DNA from: the human T2T-CHM13v2.0 reference genome, Homo sapiens
Reading direction: 5' to 3' (one strand)
NCBI RefSeq assembly: GCF_009914755.1
Contig: NC_060943.1
DNA length: 64,000 nucleotides
Part shown: positions 39,278 to 64,000 of the stretch, one piece after another
How the letters are laid out: each line of letters begins with the position of its first letter
How positions within the stretch are numbered: position 1 is the stretch's first letter
The notes under the pieces: generated by a model
Seen by the model: the letters and a program-made list of their open reading frames with translations, nothing else
The model's database searches: none
What the model was told of the DNA's origin: nothing
Position numbers and translations under genes: made by a program

Positions 39278-40701
39278 GTTGGTGTCTGTGGTTTGCATTA
39301 GATGCATACCGAGGGACAGTGTGACTATGCACAGTTTCATGTGTGCTTGTGTCATTGATAGTATACGGTATTGTAAAGAAGGCAGTAAGGACTTTTTAGT
39401 AACTTTTATTTTCAGAATAATTTAAAACCTGCAGCAAAGTGGCAAGAATAATACAAAGAACTGCTCCATGCCCTGTACCAGATTCCCCTATTTGCTAACT
39501 TTTTTGCCTTCCTTTATTTTGTCATTTGAGAGGAAGTCCATCAAGAGGACTTTTAACTCAACTCATATTCTCCTTATGAATTAAGAACAGAGAAATGTTT
39601 AGAAAATTTGCTTATGTCTTTTAGAATTTTTTTTCTTTTTCAATCAGTTCTCTCAGGTTGAACTTGAGAAATGTGTATACATCTGGTAGTGGCCTTAAAC
39701 ATCTAGCCATGGCCCCTCTCCCTTTTTCTTTTCTTTTCTTTTCTTTTCTTTTCTGTCTTGGTCTTTGTCTTTGGTCTTGTCATCTTGTCTTTTTAGGATC
39801 TGGCTCTGTTGCCCAGCCAGGCTGGAGTGTAGTGGTACAATCTCAGCTCACTGCAATATTGCTCTCCATCCATGCTATCCATCCCATCCATCCCCCAGCT
39901 CCTGGGCTCAAGTCATCCTCCTACCTCAGCCTTCCGAGTAGCTGGGATTACAGGTGTACGCCCAGCTAATTTTTGTATTTTTCATGAAGATGGGGTTTCG
40001 CTGTGTTGGCCAGGCTGGTATCAAACTCCTGACCTCAAGTGCCTGCCTCGGCCTCCCAAAGTGCTGGGATTACAGGCGTGAGCCACCATGCCCAACCTTT
40101 TCTCCCTTTCTTAACTCATGAGTACACAAAGGCCAGAATAGTGAAGTGACTTTTCCAGGGTCACACAGCCTTCACCTGCCTCAGCTCCTGCCCCATGCCC
40201 TTTCGCTCTTTAGGGCTCCATTTTAGTATGGGAAAAATGTGCTCAGGAAACTTTGAAAGTCACAGCCATCTGTTGGGACAACGTTGGCACATAGTATCCC
40301 TGCATCCCCCCACCACCTCCCTCTGCTTTGTGGAGTTGTCCATTGTCCCTCTGCTGCATTTGCGTGGCTGTAGCCCCTGTCCTCCAGGCACAAATCTAGC
40401 TTCTGCAAGTTGCATCCCCACATCTAGCCATGCTTTCCCCTCCTGTGCCACCATTAGAGGATTTCACTGAATCACACTCCTCAGGCCAGAATCCTAGCAG
40501 AACTTCCAGTCCTGCGTTAGACACTGTAGATTTCATACTCTCCAAACCCCTGGGTGTTCATTTATATATAAAATAAGTGAACCCGATACCAACCTGAGAG
40601 GTTTTTCTTGCTCTCAACGCCATTCTTAAATACAAAGAGGTCCATTTTATTATTTTATATATTTGTCTTTTTTTTTTTTAAACAAATTTCTGTTTAAATA
40701 G

Positions 40702-41735
40702 GGAGCAAGCTTTACCCTGCATACAGATCCAGCTGCAAAGGGAGATCTGTGATTTTGGCAACCAGGCTGACCTGCCTTCTGGAAATGGAAACAAATCTTC
40801 AGGTGGCCTGCAGAAGACATTCTCCAAACTGACATCCCGGTTCACCAAGAAAGCTTCATGTACCAGCTCCAGCAGCAGCACAAATTATTCCATCCAAAAT
40901 ACCCCTTCCAAAAACATCTTCATAGCTGGATGTTCCGAAGAGAAGGCCAAAATGCCTGGCAATATTGATACAAGGTTACAAAGCATTTTGAACATTGGTA
41001 ATTTCCCCAGGACTACAGACCCTTCACAGTCAGCTCAGAATTCCAGTAATACAGTGGCCAATGGCTTTCTCATGGAGAGGCGTGAGAACTTCCTGCATGG
41101 AGATGACGGCAAGGATGAGAAGGGTATGAACTTACCAACTGATCAGGAAATGCAAGAGGTGATAGATTTTCTCTCGGGCTTTAACATGGGCCAGTCACAT
41201 CAGGGCTCTCCGTTGGTGACAAGGCATAATTCTGCTGCCACAGCCATGGTGACTGAGCAGAAGGCAGGAGCCATGCAACCACAGCAGCCGTCACTGCCTG
41301 TGCCCCCTCCACCACGGGCACCCCAGGCTGGGGCACACACACCTCTGACACCCCAGCCGGGACTGGCACCTCAGCAGCAGTCCCCAAAGCAGCAACAACC
41401 TCAAGTCCAATACTACCAACACCTACTCCAGCCCATTGGACCGCAGCAGCCCCCGCCCCAGCCTCGGGCACCTGGGAAATGGGTACATGGCTCATCCCAG
41501 CAGCCAGCGCAGGCTGTTGGAGCAGGTCTGTCTCCTCTTGGTCAGTGGCCTGGCATATCTGATCTCAGTTCTGACTTGTACAGCTTGGGTCTGGTGAGCA
41601 GCTATATGGATAATGTGATGTCAGAGGTTCTGGGACAGAAGCCGCAGGGACCTAGAAATAACACCTGGCCCAACCGTGACCAAAGTGATGGAGTCTTTGG
41701 AATGCTGGGAGAGATTCTGCCTTTTGATCCTGCAG
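40702..41735 (+). CDS. GARRE1: GARRE1 large coding exon (1034 nt): (R)EQALPCIQ...LPFDPA; Ser/Pro/Gln-rich low-complexity region
   Basis: Acceptor ttaaatag|G, donor CAG|GTATGT, phase 2-1; contains the 263-aa ORF 40952-41743. Confidence 0.96.
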
Positions 41736-42249
41736 GTATGTGAGGCCTCCCATCCCTCGCCCAGTGTCAACAGCAAATGCAACTGCCGAGGTCTTCCCAG
41801 GGCCTGTCTGCTGCAGCCTTACTTGTGAAGGTGAAATCATTTAATCCCCCTTTACGACCCTTTCTCACTGTGGAGGCAAGTATGGGGCAGATCTACCAAG
41901 ATGGGAAACAGTGGTGAGAAAGGGGCTGAGAACATGAGTGGACTATTTTTCTTACTTTATAGAGAACAGAACTGAGGCTAAGAGAGGTTACTTGAACAGC
42001 TCAAAGTCCCATAGTTCAAGTAGGCTCCAGTCTAGGCCTGCCTACTCCCGGCAGCCAAGGTCAGCAGCCCTTTGTGGGGTGCTTTTTTCCTGATTATATA
42101 ACCTGTTCTTTGCGATGCTTTTTTTTTTTGCCTAAACTCTAGGACCTATGACAGGTGACAGACACCCTCCTGCCTTCATAGAATACAGCTTCTCCTGGGC
42201 TAGACAATGAAAATACCACCAGAGTCATCTTAAAAAATTAGAGAAGGAA

Positions 42250-43570
<1,321 letters not shown>

Positions 43571-43588
43571 CCATAAGAGGACACTCCA

Positions 43589-46804
<3,216 letters not shown>

Positions 46805-47155
46805 TGATGCTGGAAATTTTTTAAGTAATTAGTATTTGTCTTTAAAATCTAGTCGTAGGGAAATCAAACCATTTTTCTCTCTTTTTGTTTCTTTCACACT
46901 TAGCCTGCCTCTGTCCTAGGCATAGCCCTTCATGACAGCCCTGGCACACACCATGCCTCAGCCCTAGGTGCGGCAAGTCCCATCTCCCCACAGCAGGGTG
47001 CTGGGCACAGCCTACAGCCCACGCTGTGGGGCACAAGCCTGGCAGCTCCTCACTGCCTTTCATTGCATGTGTGACCAGCACGTTAGCAAAGCGTAGGGAA
47101 GGACCAAGAGGCCAGTTTGTCCCCAAACCCGGTTTATTCCTTTGTCCCAATGCAG

Positions 47156-47321
47156 TGGGCTCAGACCCAGAGTTTGCACGCTATGTGGCAGGAGTGAGCC
47201 AGGCGATGCAGCAGAAGCGGCAGGCCCAGCACGGTCGCCGGCCAGGCAACCCCCGGGGCAACTGGCCGCCTATGGATGACGCGCATCGGACCTGGCCCTT
47301 CCCCGAGTTCTTCACAGAAGG
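47156..47321 (+). CDS. GARRE1: GARRE1 coding exon (166 nt): (V)GSDPEFAR...EFFTE(G)
   Basis: Acceptor aatgcag|TG, donor AGG|GTGAGT, phase 1-2. Confidence 0.95.
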
Positions 47322-47889
47322 GTGAGTGCTGGGTACTTCAGGGAATCTGAGCTTGAGACCCAGGTGTCCCCCGAGGGGCCTGTGAGAAGAGAGGCTCCTT
47401 GCCTGTGTGCATTCTTTTCAGGCAGTTCAATTCCAAGCCCCCATGTGAGAGAGTGACATGGGATGAAATCTTTAGGGGTCAGAGTCATGTGGCTGACTGT
47501 TAGATGCCAAGTAGTGTGATGTATCCCTGTGAACGTGCCATTGGTATACATTCATGATTTTCAAAACAGACTCTTCAGCCCTAGACAAGGCTCTTACATG
47601 ATGGTGCTTGTGAGGTGAAGGCATGTTTCACACGGCCTTTATACTGAACTGAGTGTGGCTGCGAAGCCCACGTGATTTATGGAACGCTGTCATTATAGCC
47701 TATGAAAAGCAAAAGTGTACAATTGAGATTCTAGTATATTGAGAGAATTGCAAATTTTTATTGTAAAGACAACTGGGGATTTTTTTATATCCCATATTGC
47801 TACATGGTTAATAAATCTGGATGACTAAAGACCAGCTCAACTTTTTGTTTTTTCTTATTTTTAAATTTTTTTTTTTACTTAAAAATTTT

Positions 47890-48050
47890 TTTTCTTTCAA
47901 CTTTTAAGTTCAGGGGTACATGTGCAGGATGTGCAGGTTTGTTGCAAAGGTTAATGTGTGCCATGGTGGTTTGCTGCACAGATCATCCCGTCACCTAGGT
48001 ATTAAGCCCAGCATCCATTAGCTATTCTTCCCCATGCTCTCCCTCCCTTG
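47890..48050 (-). mobile_element. L1PA 3' end fragment
   Basis: ttttaagttcaggggtacatgtgcagg...gccatggtggtttgctgcac...taggtattaagccc L1PA 3'UTR signature. Confidence 0.85.
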
Positions 48051-48294
48051 CTTTTTCTAAAACAAATTTCATATACAAACCATAGGCTTCTTAGAGGAAT
48101 AAAGGGAATTGATGAATATGTATTACTTTTGAAATAAGGCAAAGGAGGAAAACCTCACGTTTTAAGAAGGGAGAGACAAGAGACCACTATTTGGTTATGG
48201 GATGAATGCAGGGTAAGGACTGCCCTTTCAGGGTGGGGTGGCGGGTGGTGGGGCTGCAGGAGGCCCTGGCCCAGCTTCTCTCTCTGGCTTTCAG

Positions 48295-48432
48295 GGATGG
48301 CCTGCACGGTGGCTGGTCGGGTGCTCAGGGAGACTCTGCCAGCTCGAGTGATGAGACATCCTCAGCCAACGGGGACAGCTTGTTCTCCATGTTTTCAGGG
48401 CCTGACCTCGTTGCTGCTGTCAAGCAGAGAAG
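48295..48432 (+). CDS. GARRE1: GARRE1 coding exon (138 nt): (G)DGLHGGWS...AVKQR(R)
   Basis: Acceptor ctggctttcag|G, donor AAG|GTATGA, phase 2-2. Confidence 0.94.
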
Positions 48433-49180
48433 GTATGAAGGGATTTCTAAACCAAGGTGGGGAGAGAAGGGCATGTGAATGCAACCCATGGCTCACTCCC
48501 TGGGAAAGCCAGGAGCCCAGTCACCTCCAGTCTCCCTGTGTGAGAGGAGGGGCTCTTCCAGCAATGCCTGGCTGAAGCCTCTGAAGAGCACCTGCAGGAG
48601 GTGGTTTCCACAAGGAAGAGCCGGCCTCATCTTGTGCAGATCAATTTGGGAGACGGGGTGGCCGGTGCTGGTCTGTGCCTTGCAGGAGGCACCCATTTCT
48701 GTGGGAAGAGCAGGCCTTTGGTTGCGAGTTCTAATCTGGACTCACCAACAGGCTCTGCAACCCTAGACAAGGGGCTGGCCCTCAATTACCCTCCATCTCT
48801 TTATTAAAGATGGATAAAATGACCTCTGAATGGCGTTTCAAAGTTGGGAAAAGTAGTAATTAGCTTTCAAAAGTAGTCACAAAAATTAAAATGGGCTCTG
48901 AACTGAGAGGAGAGCTTGGTTAGAAATAAGTAGAGAAACTGCTGTGGATATGAGAAAGCAAGGTCAGGGTGGCAGACTAAGGACCATGGGCAGGAGTAGA
49001 GGGCACGCAGGGCTCCCAGGCACTCGAAGCCATGCTGTAGAGCAGAGTGGGAGGCCGGGTTACTTGGTCCCTGCTGGACAGGCCAGGCTCTGTCAGATAG
49101 GCAGTGGGGAGCGGGTAGGTGAAGACAGAATGGTACTTGCACAGAATAGTAGTGGGGTGGGGGGTGGCATTGACCAATCA

Positions 49181-49342
<162 letters not shown>

Positions 49343-49809
49343 TCAAACAAAAAATCATGTCAGGTTAGGCTAGGTGCTCTGAAGGAAAATAAAGCAGGGT
49401 ATGAGGGTAGTAAATGCAGAGAACAGGTGGATGTTCTATTTCCAGCACTTAGTCAATGAGGCTTCTGATGAGCAGAGAGCTGAACAAAGTGCGGCAGCAA
49501 CTGGTGGGGAATCGGCAGTGGGGTGTGGGTGAGGTAGGAAGAGTCAAGGATGACACGCAAGTTTTCTGCCTGAGTTTCTGTGAAGGGTGCCATGAACTGA
49601 GGTGCTAAGCCTGCAGGAGGAGCAAGTTTGAACCGGGGGTGGAGTTTGAGACTTTTCTTTCAGACATATGACTGATTCGACTTCTAAGAAGTCACATCTG
49701 GCACCATCTCTGCAGAGACTGTTGTCTGCATGCAGGAGTGCTGGCTCTGATCTGGCCACATCCTGCCTTTTTCATTCAACCTTGTAACAGACTTTCATGT
49801 GATTAGTAA

Positions 49810-50642
<833 letters not shown>

Positions 50643-50793
50643 TTAGCCGCCTTTATGCCATTGACCCAGGCAGGCCTCCTCCCCTCCTAGAACCAGGGCC
50701 TGGAGATGCTGGAGCCTAGCACTAGTGTGTACCCTACAGGTGGGCTGGGCAGGAAGCCAAGCAATCACTGCCCTGAGCTCTTGGTTCTTGCAG

Positions 50794-50872
50794 GAAACAC
50801 AGCAGTGGAGAGCAAGACACCAGCACGCTGCCCTCACCACCTCTCCTCACCACGGTGGAGGACGTGAACCAG
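50794..50872 (+). CDS. GARRE1: GARRE1 coding exon (79 nt): (R)KHSSGEQD...VEDVNQ
   Basis: Acceptor ttcttgcag|G, donor CAG|GTATTC, phase 2-0. Confidence 0.93.
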
Positions 50873-51027
50873 GTATTCAGGCAGGCTCTGTGGGCACAGA
50901 CTTGGGCTAGCTTCCACAGCTGCAGTTTTCAGAGGGCCTCAAAGTAATGAGGGATCTTCTTTGTGGTGATTAATTTTGTGTAAATGATTAGCCACCTCAG
51001 CTGACTCAGAGCCACAGGAAGCTCTAC

Positions 51028-51800
<773 letters not shown>

Positions 51801-51926
51801 GGGTGTGGGAGTGAGTGGGGCTCTCACCCGGCTTCCTAGGAGGGAATAAGGGCCAGGCATCTGGGGAGGTGGGAAATGATGATACATTGCCCGAAATGCC
51901 ACTAAGAACTCTCTTTTGTTTCTCAG

Positions 51927-52235
51927 GATAACAAAACCAAAACGTGGCCACCCAAAGCACCCTGGCAGCACCCTTCCCCGCTTCCCAGCACGCTGCCCAG
52001 CCCCAGCGCACCACTCTATGCAGTCACCAGCCCTGGCAGCCAGTGGAACGACACCATGCAGATGCTGCAGTCCCCAGTGTGGGCCGCAACCAACGACTGC
52101 AGTGCCGCTGCCTTCTCCTATGTGCAGACCCCACCACAGCCCCCACCCCCACCAGCACACAAGGCAGCACCCAAGGGCTTCAAGGCCTTCCCTGGGAAGG
52201 GTGAGCGCAGGCCAGCCTATCTGCCCCAGTACTGA
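51927..52235 (+). CDS. GARRE1: GARRE1 terminal coding segment: DNKTKTWPP...RPAYLPQY*
   Basis: Acceptor ttttgtttctcag|GAT; 103 codons ending in TGA at 52233-52235. Confidence 0.95.
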   Translation, partial: DNKTKTWPPKAPWQHPSPLPSTLPSPSAPLYAVTSPGSQWNDTMQMLQSPVWAATNDCSAAAFSYVQTPPQPPPPPAHKAAPKGFKAFPGKGERRPAYLPQY

Positions 52236-53324
52236 CCCCAGGCCAGCCAGCCTGCCTGCCTGCCCGCCCAGAGCTGTGGGGATGAGTGTCCCCACCCCAG
52301 GGCCACTTAGCTGACACCAGCCCCTCAGAGGACCAGTGCGCCCCATCCCAGGGAGGGTTCCTTGGGGACAAGGGTGGTTGGCAGCTCCAAGCCTTTAAAC
52401 CTGGCTTCTGAAACGATGGCATCAGAGCCCTGGAGAGCCAGCTGGAGACACAGGCGTCTGGCCTTCAGGGGCTTGCTAGGGAACCTGCATGCCTAGTAAG
52501 CGCCACAGGTGACTCTGATGCAGGCGCCACAGCCACACTTGAAGAAACACAGCTCTTGGGTTTTTAGTCCTGCTGTGTGTTGGGAAGACATCAGGCCTGA
52601 AAGCTGAGGGCATAACTGACCATTTTTTGGAAACCCTCTCCTCCCTCCTCCACACCTTGAGTGATGACCACACCAATCACTGTATTTTATAGCTTTTTTT
52701 TTCATGTAGGTTTTTAGTTAAAACATCTCCTGCCTAAAATGCATTGAATATTTTAAGATAACAGATATACTGGCTGGAGGTTTGTTTAACACTATCTATA
52801 TTTAAGCTTATACAAAATGGGCAAAATATAGAATATTTGTGATTGGAAGCAGTCACCTGGGGTTTCTGGGGGTGGACAGTTCCTCGCCACCCAGCAGCAC
52901 CCTGGGACTGCGGCCTTTCCCAGCTTTATGGAAGCAGAATGGTGGAACTTGTGCCGGAGGTACACTGCTGAAGGTGCGTGGCGGTGGACCAGCCAGCTGC
53001 TGTCCATGTGCAGAGCAAGGCTGCACCTGCTGCCCTTCGATCCTTCCACACATGGCCAGGACACTGCCACAATCCTCGGGGTGTGGTCAAGGGGCACTCA
53101 GAGACACCTGCACTAGAAATTGCATTGACATTGTGAGCTGGCTCAGAAGACAAACCAATTAAGATGTAGATAGAAATTAATTTAAGGTCTTTTCTTAAAA
53201 AAAAAATCCACCTCATTTTCAGTTAACATGTGCCATTAAATAGATAACATCCTGTGGATTTAGGGATATTTTCCAGCCAGAATGGATCCAGAAGAATTGA
53301 ATGGTGCTTAAATTGAGAAATAAT

Positions 53325-53330
53325 AATAAA
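53325..53330 (+). terminator. Candidate proximal poly(A) signal AATAAA
   Basis: Canonical hexamer in AU-rich 3'UTR; usage not demonstrable from sequence. Confidence 0.45.
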
Positions 53331-53540
53331 TATATCTATATAGAATAGACATATCCCACTGTATATTAATTGAGGTTACAGAAAGTTCTTTATATAAAAC
53401 TTATTTAAATTTTTCATATTTCATCTTTGAAAAAGTCTGAGAAAAATCCATAATATTTTCTGGTATGAAAGTTTGACAGTATTAATATTTTTTTTATATT
53501 TTCTTAAATCATTAAACCATTTTAATATATGTTAACTACT

Positions 53541-53546
53541 AATAAA
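53541..53546 (+). terminator. Candidate intermediate poly(A) signal AATAAA
   Basis: Canonical hexamer ~115 nt upstream of the 3'UTR Alu. Confidence 0.5.
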
Positions 53547-53606
53547 TGGTTTATTCTTTCTAACTCCATATAAGCTTTTCCAGCAAAGATTGTAATAACA
53601 CATTTA

Positions 53607-54131
<525 letters not shown>

Positions 54132-54814
54132 TTATGATCTTTTGCCGTGGTTCTGAGCATTCACCTCACCATGTTTACAAAGAACTGTTTTGTATATAGA
54201 CATTTTCAGGCACGTGCTTTGCACCAACCCTGCGTGGCTCTTGTCTGTGTTAGCTGTCACGGTGTGCACACTAATCTCTGTTAAAGTTGTCTATGGCTGT
54301 TCTACTTGTAAGATAGTTTTCTATTTCCTTCAGTAATGTGTCCACAGTACCCTGTATTTCGAGTTCCATTATACTGAAGTACTCATGTTTTAATAGTGCC
54401 TCTCCAAAGGCCTCACCTTGGACAGAGGTCAATCCTTGATGCTCCAGCACAGGTGACGTCACTAATTGTCACTTTCCAGTTTGTTTTTCTCTATTAAGGA
54501 AGACATTTTCTAATTGCATCTCCATGGGCTGTGAGACTGTGTGAAGCCGTTTGTGTGGTCTCCATGTAGGTGCTGTGTTCCCGGCACCGCCTTGCTCTGA
54601 ACACTGGTAATTCCAGGTGCTGCGCTTGGCAGAGGGGTCTCGCCAAAGCGCATGTGTGTGCATGTGTGAACGTGTGTGTCCTTTGCATGGTTGGGCGTGG
54701 GTGCCTTGCTAGGGCATCAGCAGGACATTGTGTGTATAGTTACAATGCTTCCAAACTGGAACTCTACATTTTGTATCTTTTAAAGCTCCTATAAGTAAAA
54801 TAACTATTGGCTTT

Positions 54815-54820
54815 ATTAAA
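54815..54820 (+). terminator. Distal poly(A) signal ATTAAA
   Basis: ATTAAA with upstream TGTA and downstream ctttgtatccttgttt U/GU-rich element. Confidence 0.7.
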
Positions 54821-55311
54821 AATATACATTTAATAATACTTTGTATCCTTGTTTAAAATGAACTGCAGAGGACATTATGTCAAAAGCCCTGCCTGACTCA
54901 TTGCTTTGAAAAGCTGCATACTGAGTTGGTTTTTAGGTCAGCCTGTCCTCTGATTCTAGCAAGGGGAAGACCACTTGGGATATTACGGTGAGCTGAAGTG
55001 GATGGGCAGGAGGGAGAACAAGCAGCTACGCCTCCCCTATTGGCTTCCCTAAGGCCCAAGCTGGTTTAGGCCCCTGTGCAGGGGGAGCCAGTGCAGTAGT
55101 GAAGGAGACGTCCTCTGCAAGGGTGCAAGCTCTCTGGGTTGGGGTCTACCAACACCCATGTTCCACCAAATGTGGATGCTGTGACTTGCCCAGCCAGCTT
55201 GTCCAATGACGAGACCCAAGAATGAGGGCTTGTTTTACCCTCTTCCCAAACCAGGGACCCAATCTATGGCAGAGATACTGTGCCTTACAGGGATAAGAAG
55301 GACCTGTCTCT

Positions 55312-58225
<2,914 letters not shown>

Positions 58226-58449
58226 CAGACGAAAACATTCTCGCGTTGGGCTAAAAGAATACTATTAAATACATCATCTGGGCTGTTCCAGGACTGGGAG
58301 GGGATTAGCACTACGGTGGAGCTGCGGATAGGCCCAAGCAGGCCTCAAATAAATGTAAAGCTTTTTATTCTCGTGGAAGCAGCTATGTACAATGGGGAAA
58401 ATGTTTTTAAGCATCTAGCAAAGGATTCACGGGGCTCTGGTAATGAAGC

Positions 58450-59000
58450 CCCGAAACGACAAGACTGGATCGCGCAGGGTAGGGCCAACACCAGGGACAA
58501 ACCCCCGGCCTCTTGGGGGCGCGGTGAGTAGGTGGCCTCTCCAAGCACCACTCCCGATGTGCGCATGAGCGCAGCCGCCCCTACGCAGCGCGTGCGCACG
58601 TGCACTCACCACGTCCATCCCAGACGTGCGGACCCGGGTGTCTGCAAGGTTCAGTCTCCACACCCCAGCGCCCGACCCTGCGCGGGGACATGCGCACAAG
58701 CGCGCGTCCTGACCACCCGGACGTGCTGGCCCACACGCACACGCGTGCGCATTACCCCCGCCCCATCCGCGCCTGCGCTCAACCCCGCCTACACCTGCTC
58801 CGTGGCCTCCCCGGAGGCGATGAGCCAACCCCGGTAGCTCCAGAGGCGTGGTCCCCTCGCCTTCGCCGGTCAACATGACTCAGCATCCTCGGTGGGCTCG
58901 CCTCCTCCCCCGGAACAGCTGTCTAAAATCCATGGGCGTGGAAACGCCACGCCACGCCCCGCTCCCGACTTCTTCAGCTCAGGCCCCAGAACTGACCACC
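58450..59000. promoter_or_regulatory. CpG island / promoter-like element (probably the distal GPI promoter, possibly bidirectional)
   Basis: Dense CpG outside any Alu; several NRF1-like GCGCNTGCGC motifs, ACGTG cores, GC box (58756-58764), KLF site (58951-58960), ARE ATGACTCAGCA (58875-58885). The GPI link is from recalled synteny only. Confidence 0.8.
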
Positions 59001-59594
59001 CCACCAGTCCTCTGCCCCAGTCCCTCTGCCTTCACTCCCATGGCCACCTGTGCTCCAGGGCCTGCCTGACCCCTGTCCAGCGGCCCTGAAGTAAGGTCTG
59101 TGATGTCTAAATGCCGATACCTCAGTTTCCCCATCTTTAGAACGGGGCTCTTGTTTGGAACTGTGCCCGCCACAGCCTGCAGTAAGTGCTAGCTTCATCA
59201 ATACTCAGTGGCAGTCAATTGCTTTTCCAGGGCTGCCTTATGCTTGAAATTAAATCTTTGCTATCCAGAGTTAGGACTGTCCCCGGACTTCCTAACTTGC
59301 CTCTGCTGTCAGGTGTACCCTCTGGTCCGCTCCTCTCTCAGGGCCACATCATCTTGCTGGGGGCACGTGAAGGTGTCCGGCTCTGCAGCATGTTCTCTTG
59401 GAATTTCTGGGCTAGGTTTCCTTTCGATTCTCCTTGGTCAGTCCCTGGCCTGGGGGCATGACCCCTCCCAGCTTCACTACCCCCCAGGATCCTGGGGATT
59501 CTGAGCCCTAAGCTCTGCGATCGGCAGGACTTGGCTCAGCATATGGTAGTGATTGTACTGATGGTGATAGACAACAGAATATAAAATGACCTTA

Positions 59595-63959
<4,365 letters not shown>

Positions 63960-64000
63960 TAGTCACTTTTTTCTTAATTGCAACCCCGATTCTCAGCACC

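Noticed and set aside
58427-58878. Arg/Ala/Pro-rich ORFs on both strands
   Set aside because: Stop codons are depleted in CpG islands; nothing resembles GPI or another known protein.

Overview
Human (primate) genomic DNA, very Alu-dense: about 70 Alu copies or fragments by manual count, roughly 30% of the window. The + strand carries 13 GT-AG coding exons of GARRE1 (KIAA0355, chr19q13.11). They splice into one open frame of 1000 codons plus stop (TPIADIQQG...RPAYLPQY*), matching residues ~71-1070 of the protein as I recall it. A ~2.6 kb 3'UTR follows, with tandem poly(A) signals and an embedded Alu. Downstream lies a motif-dense CpG island (~58.45-59.0 kb), probably a distal or bidirectional promoter upstream of GPI; from memory of the locus, GPI coding exons start just beyond the window. 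The rest is Alu, L1, L2, MIR, DNA-transposon and LTR remnants and microsatellites, and nearly all other listed ORFs are repeat artefacts. There is no CRISPR array, tRNA or rRNA, and I see no clear evidence of an entirely new gene system. The best leads are: a 79-bp locally templated insertion inside an Alu; a perfect in-frame unused splice donor; an all-phase-0 exon block flanked by inverted Alus (stop-free circRNA candidate); a human-specific AluYa5; a strong intronic CTCF site; APA that would gate a cluster of 3'UTR silencing elements; and repeated Trp-Pro motifs in the disordered C-terminus. Repeat coordinates and subfamily calls are approximate and made by eye.
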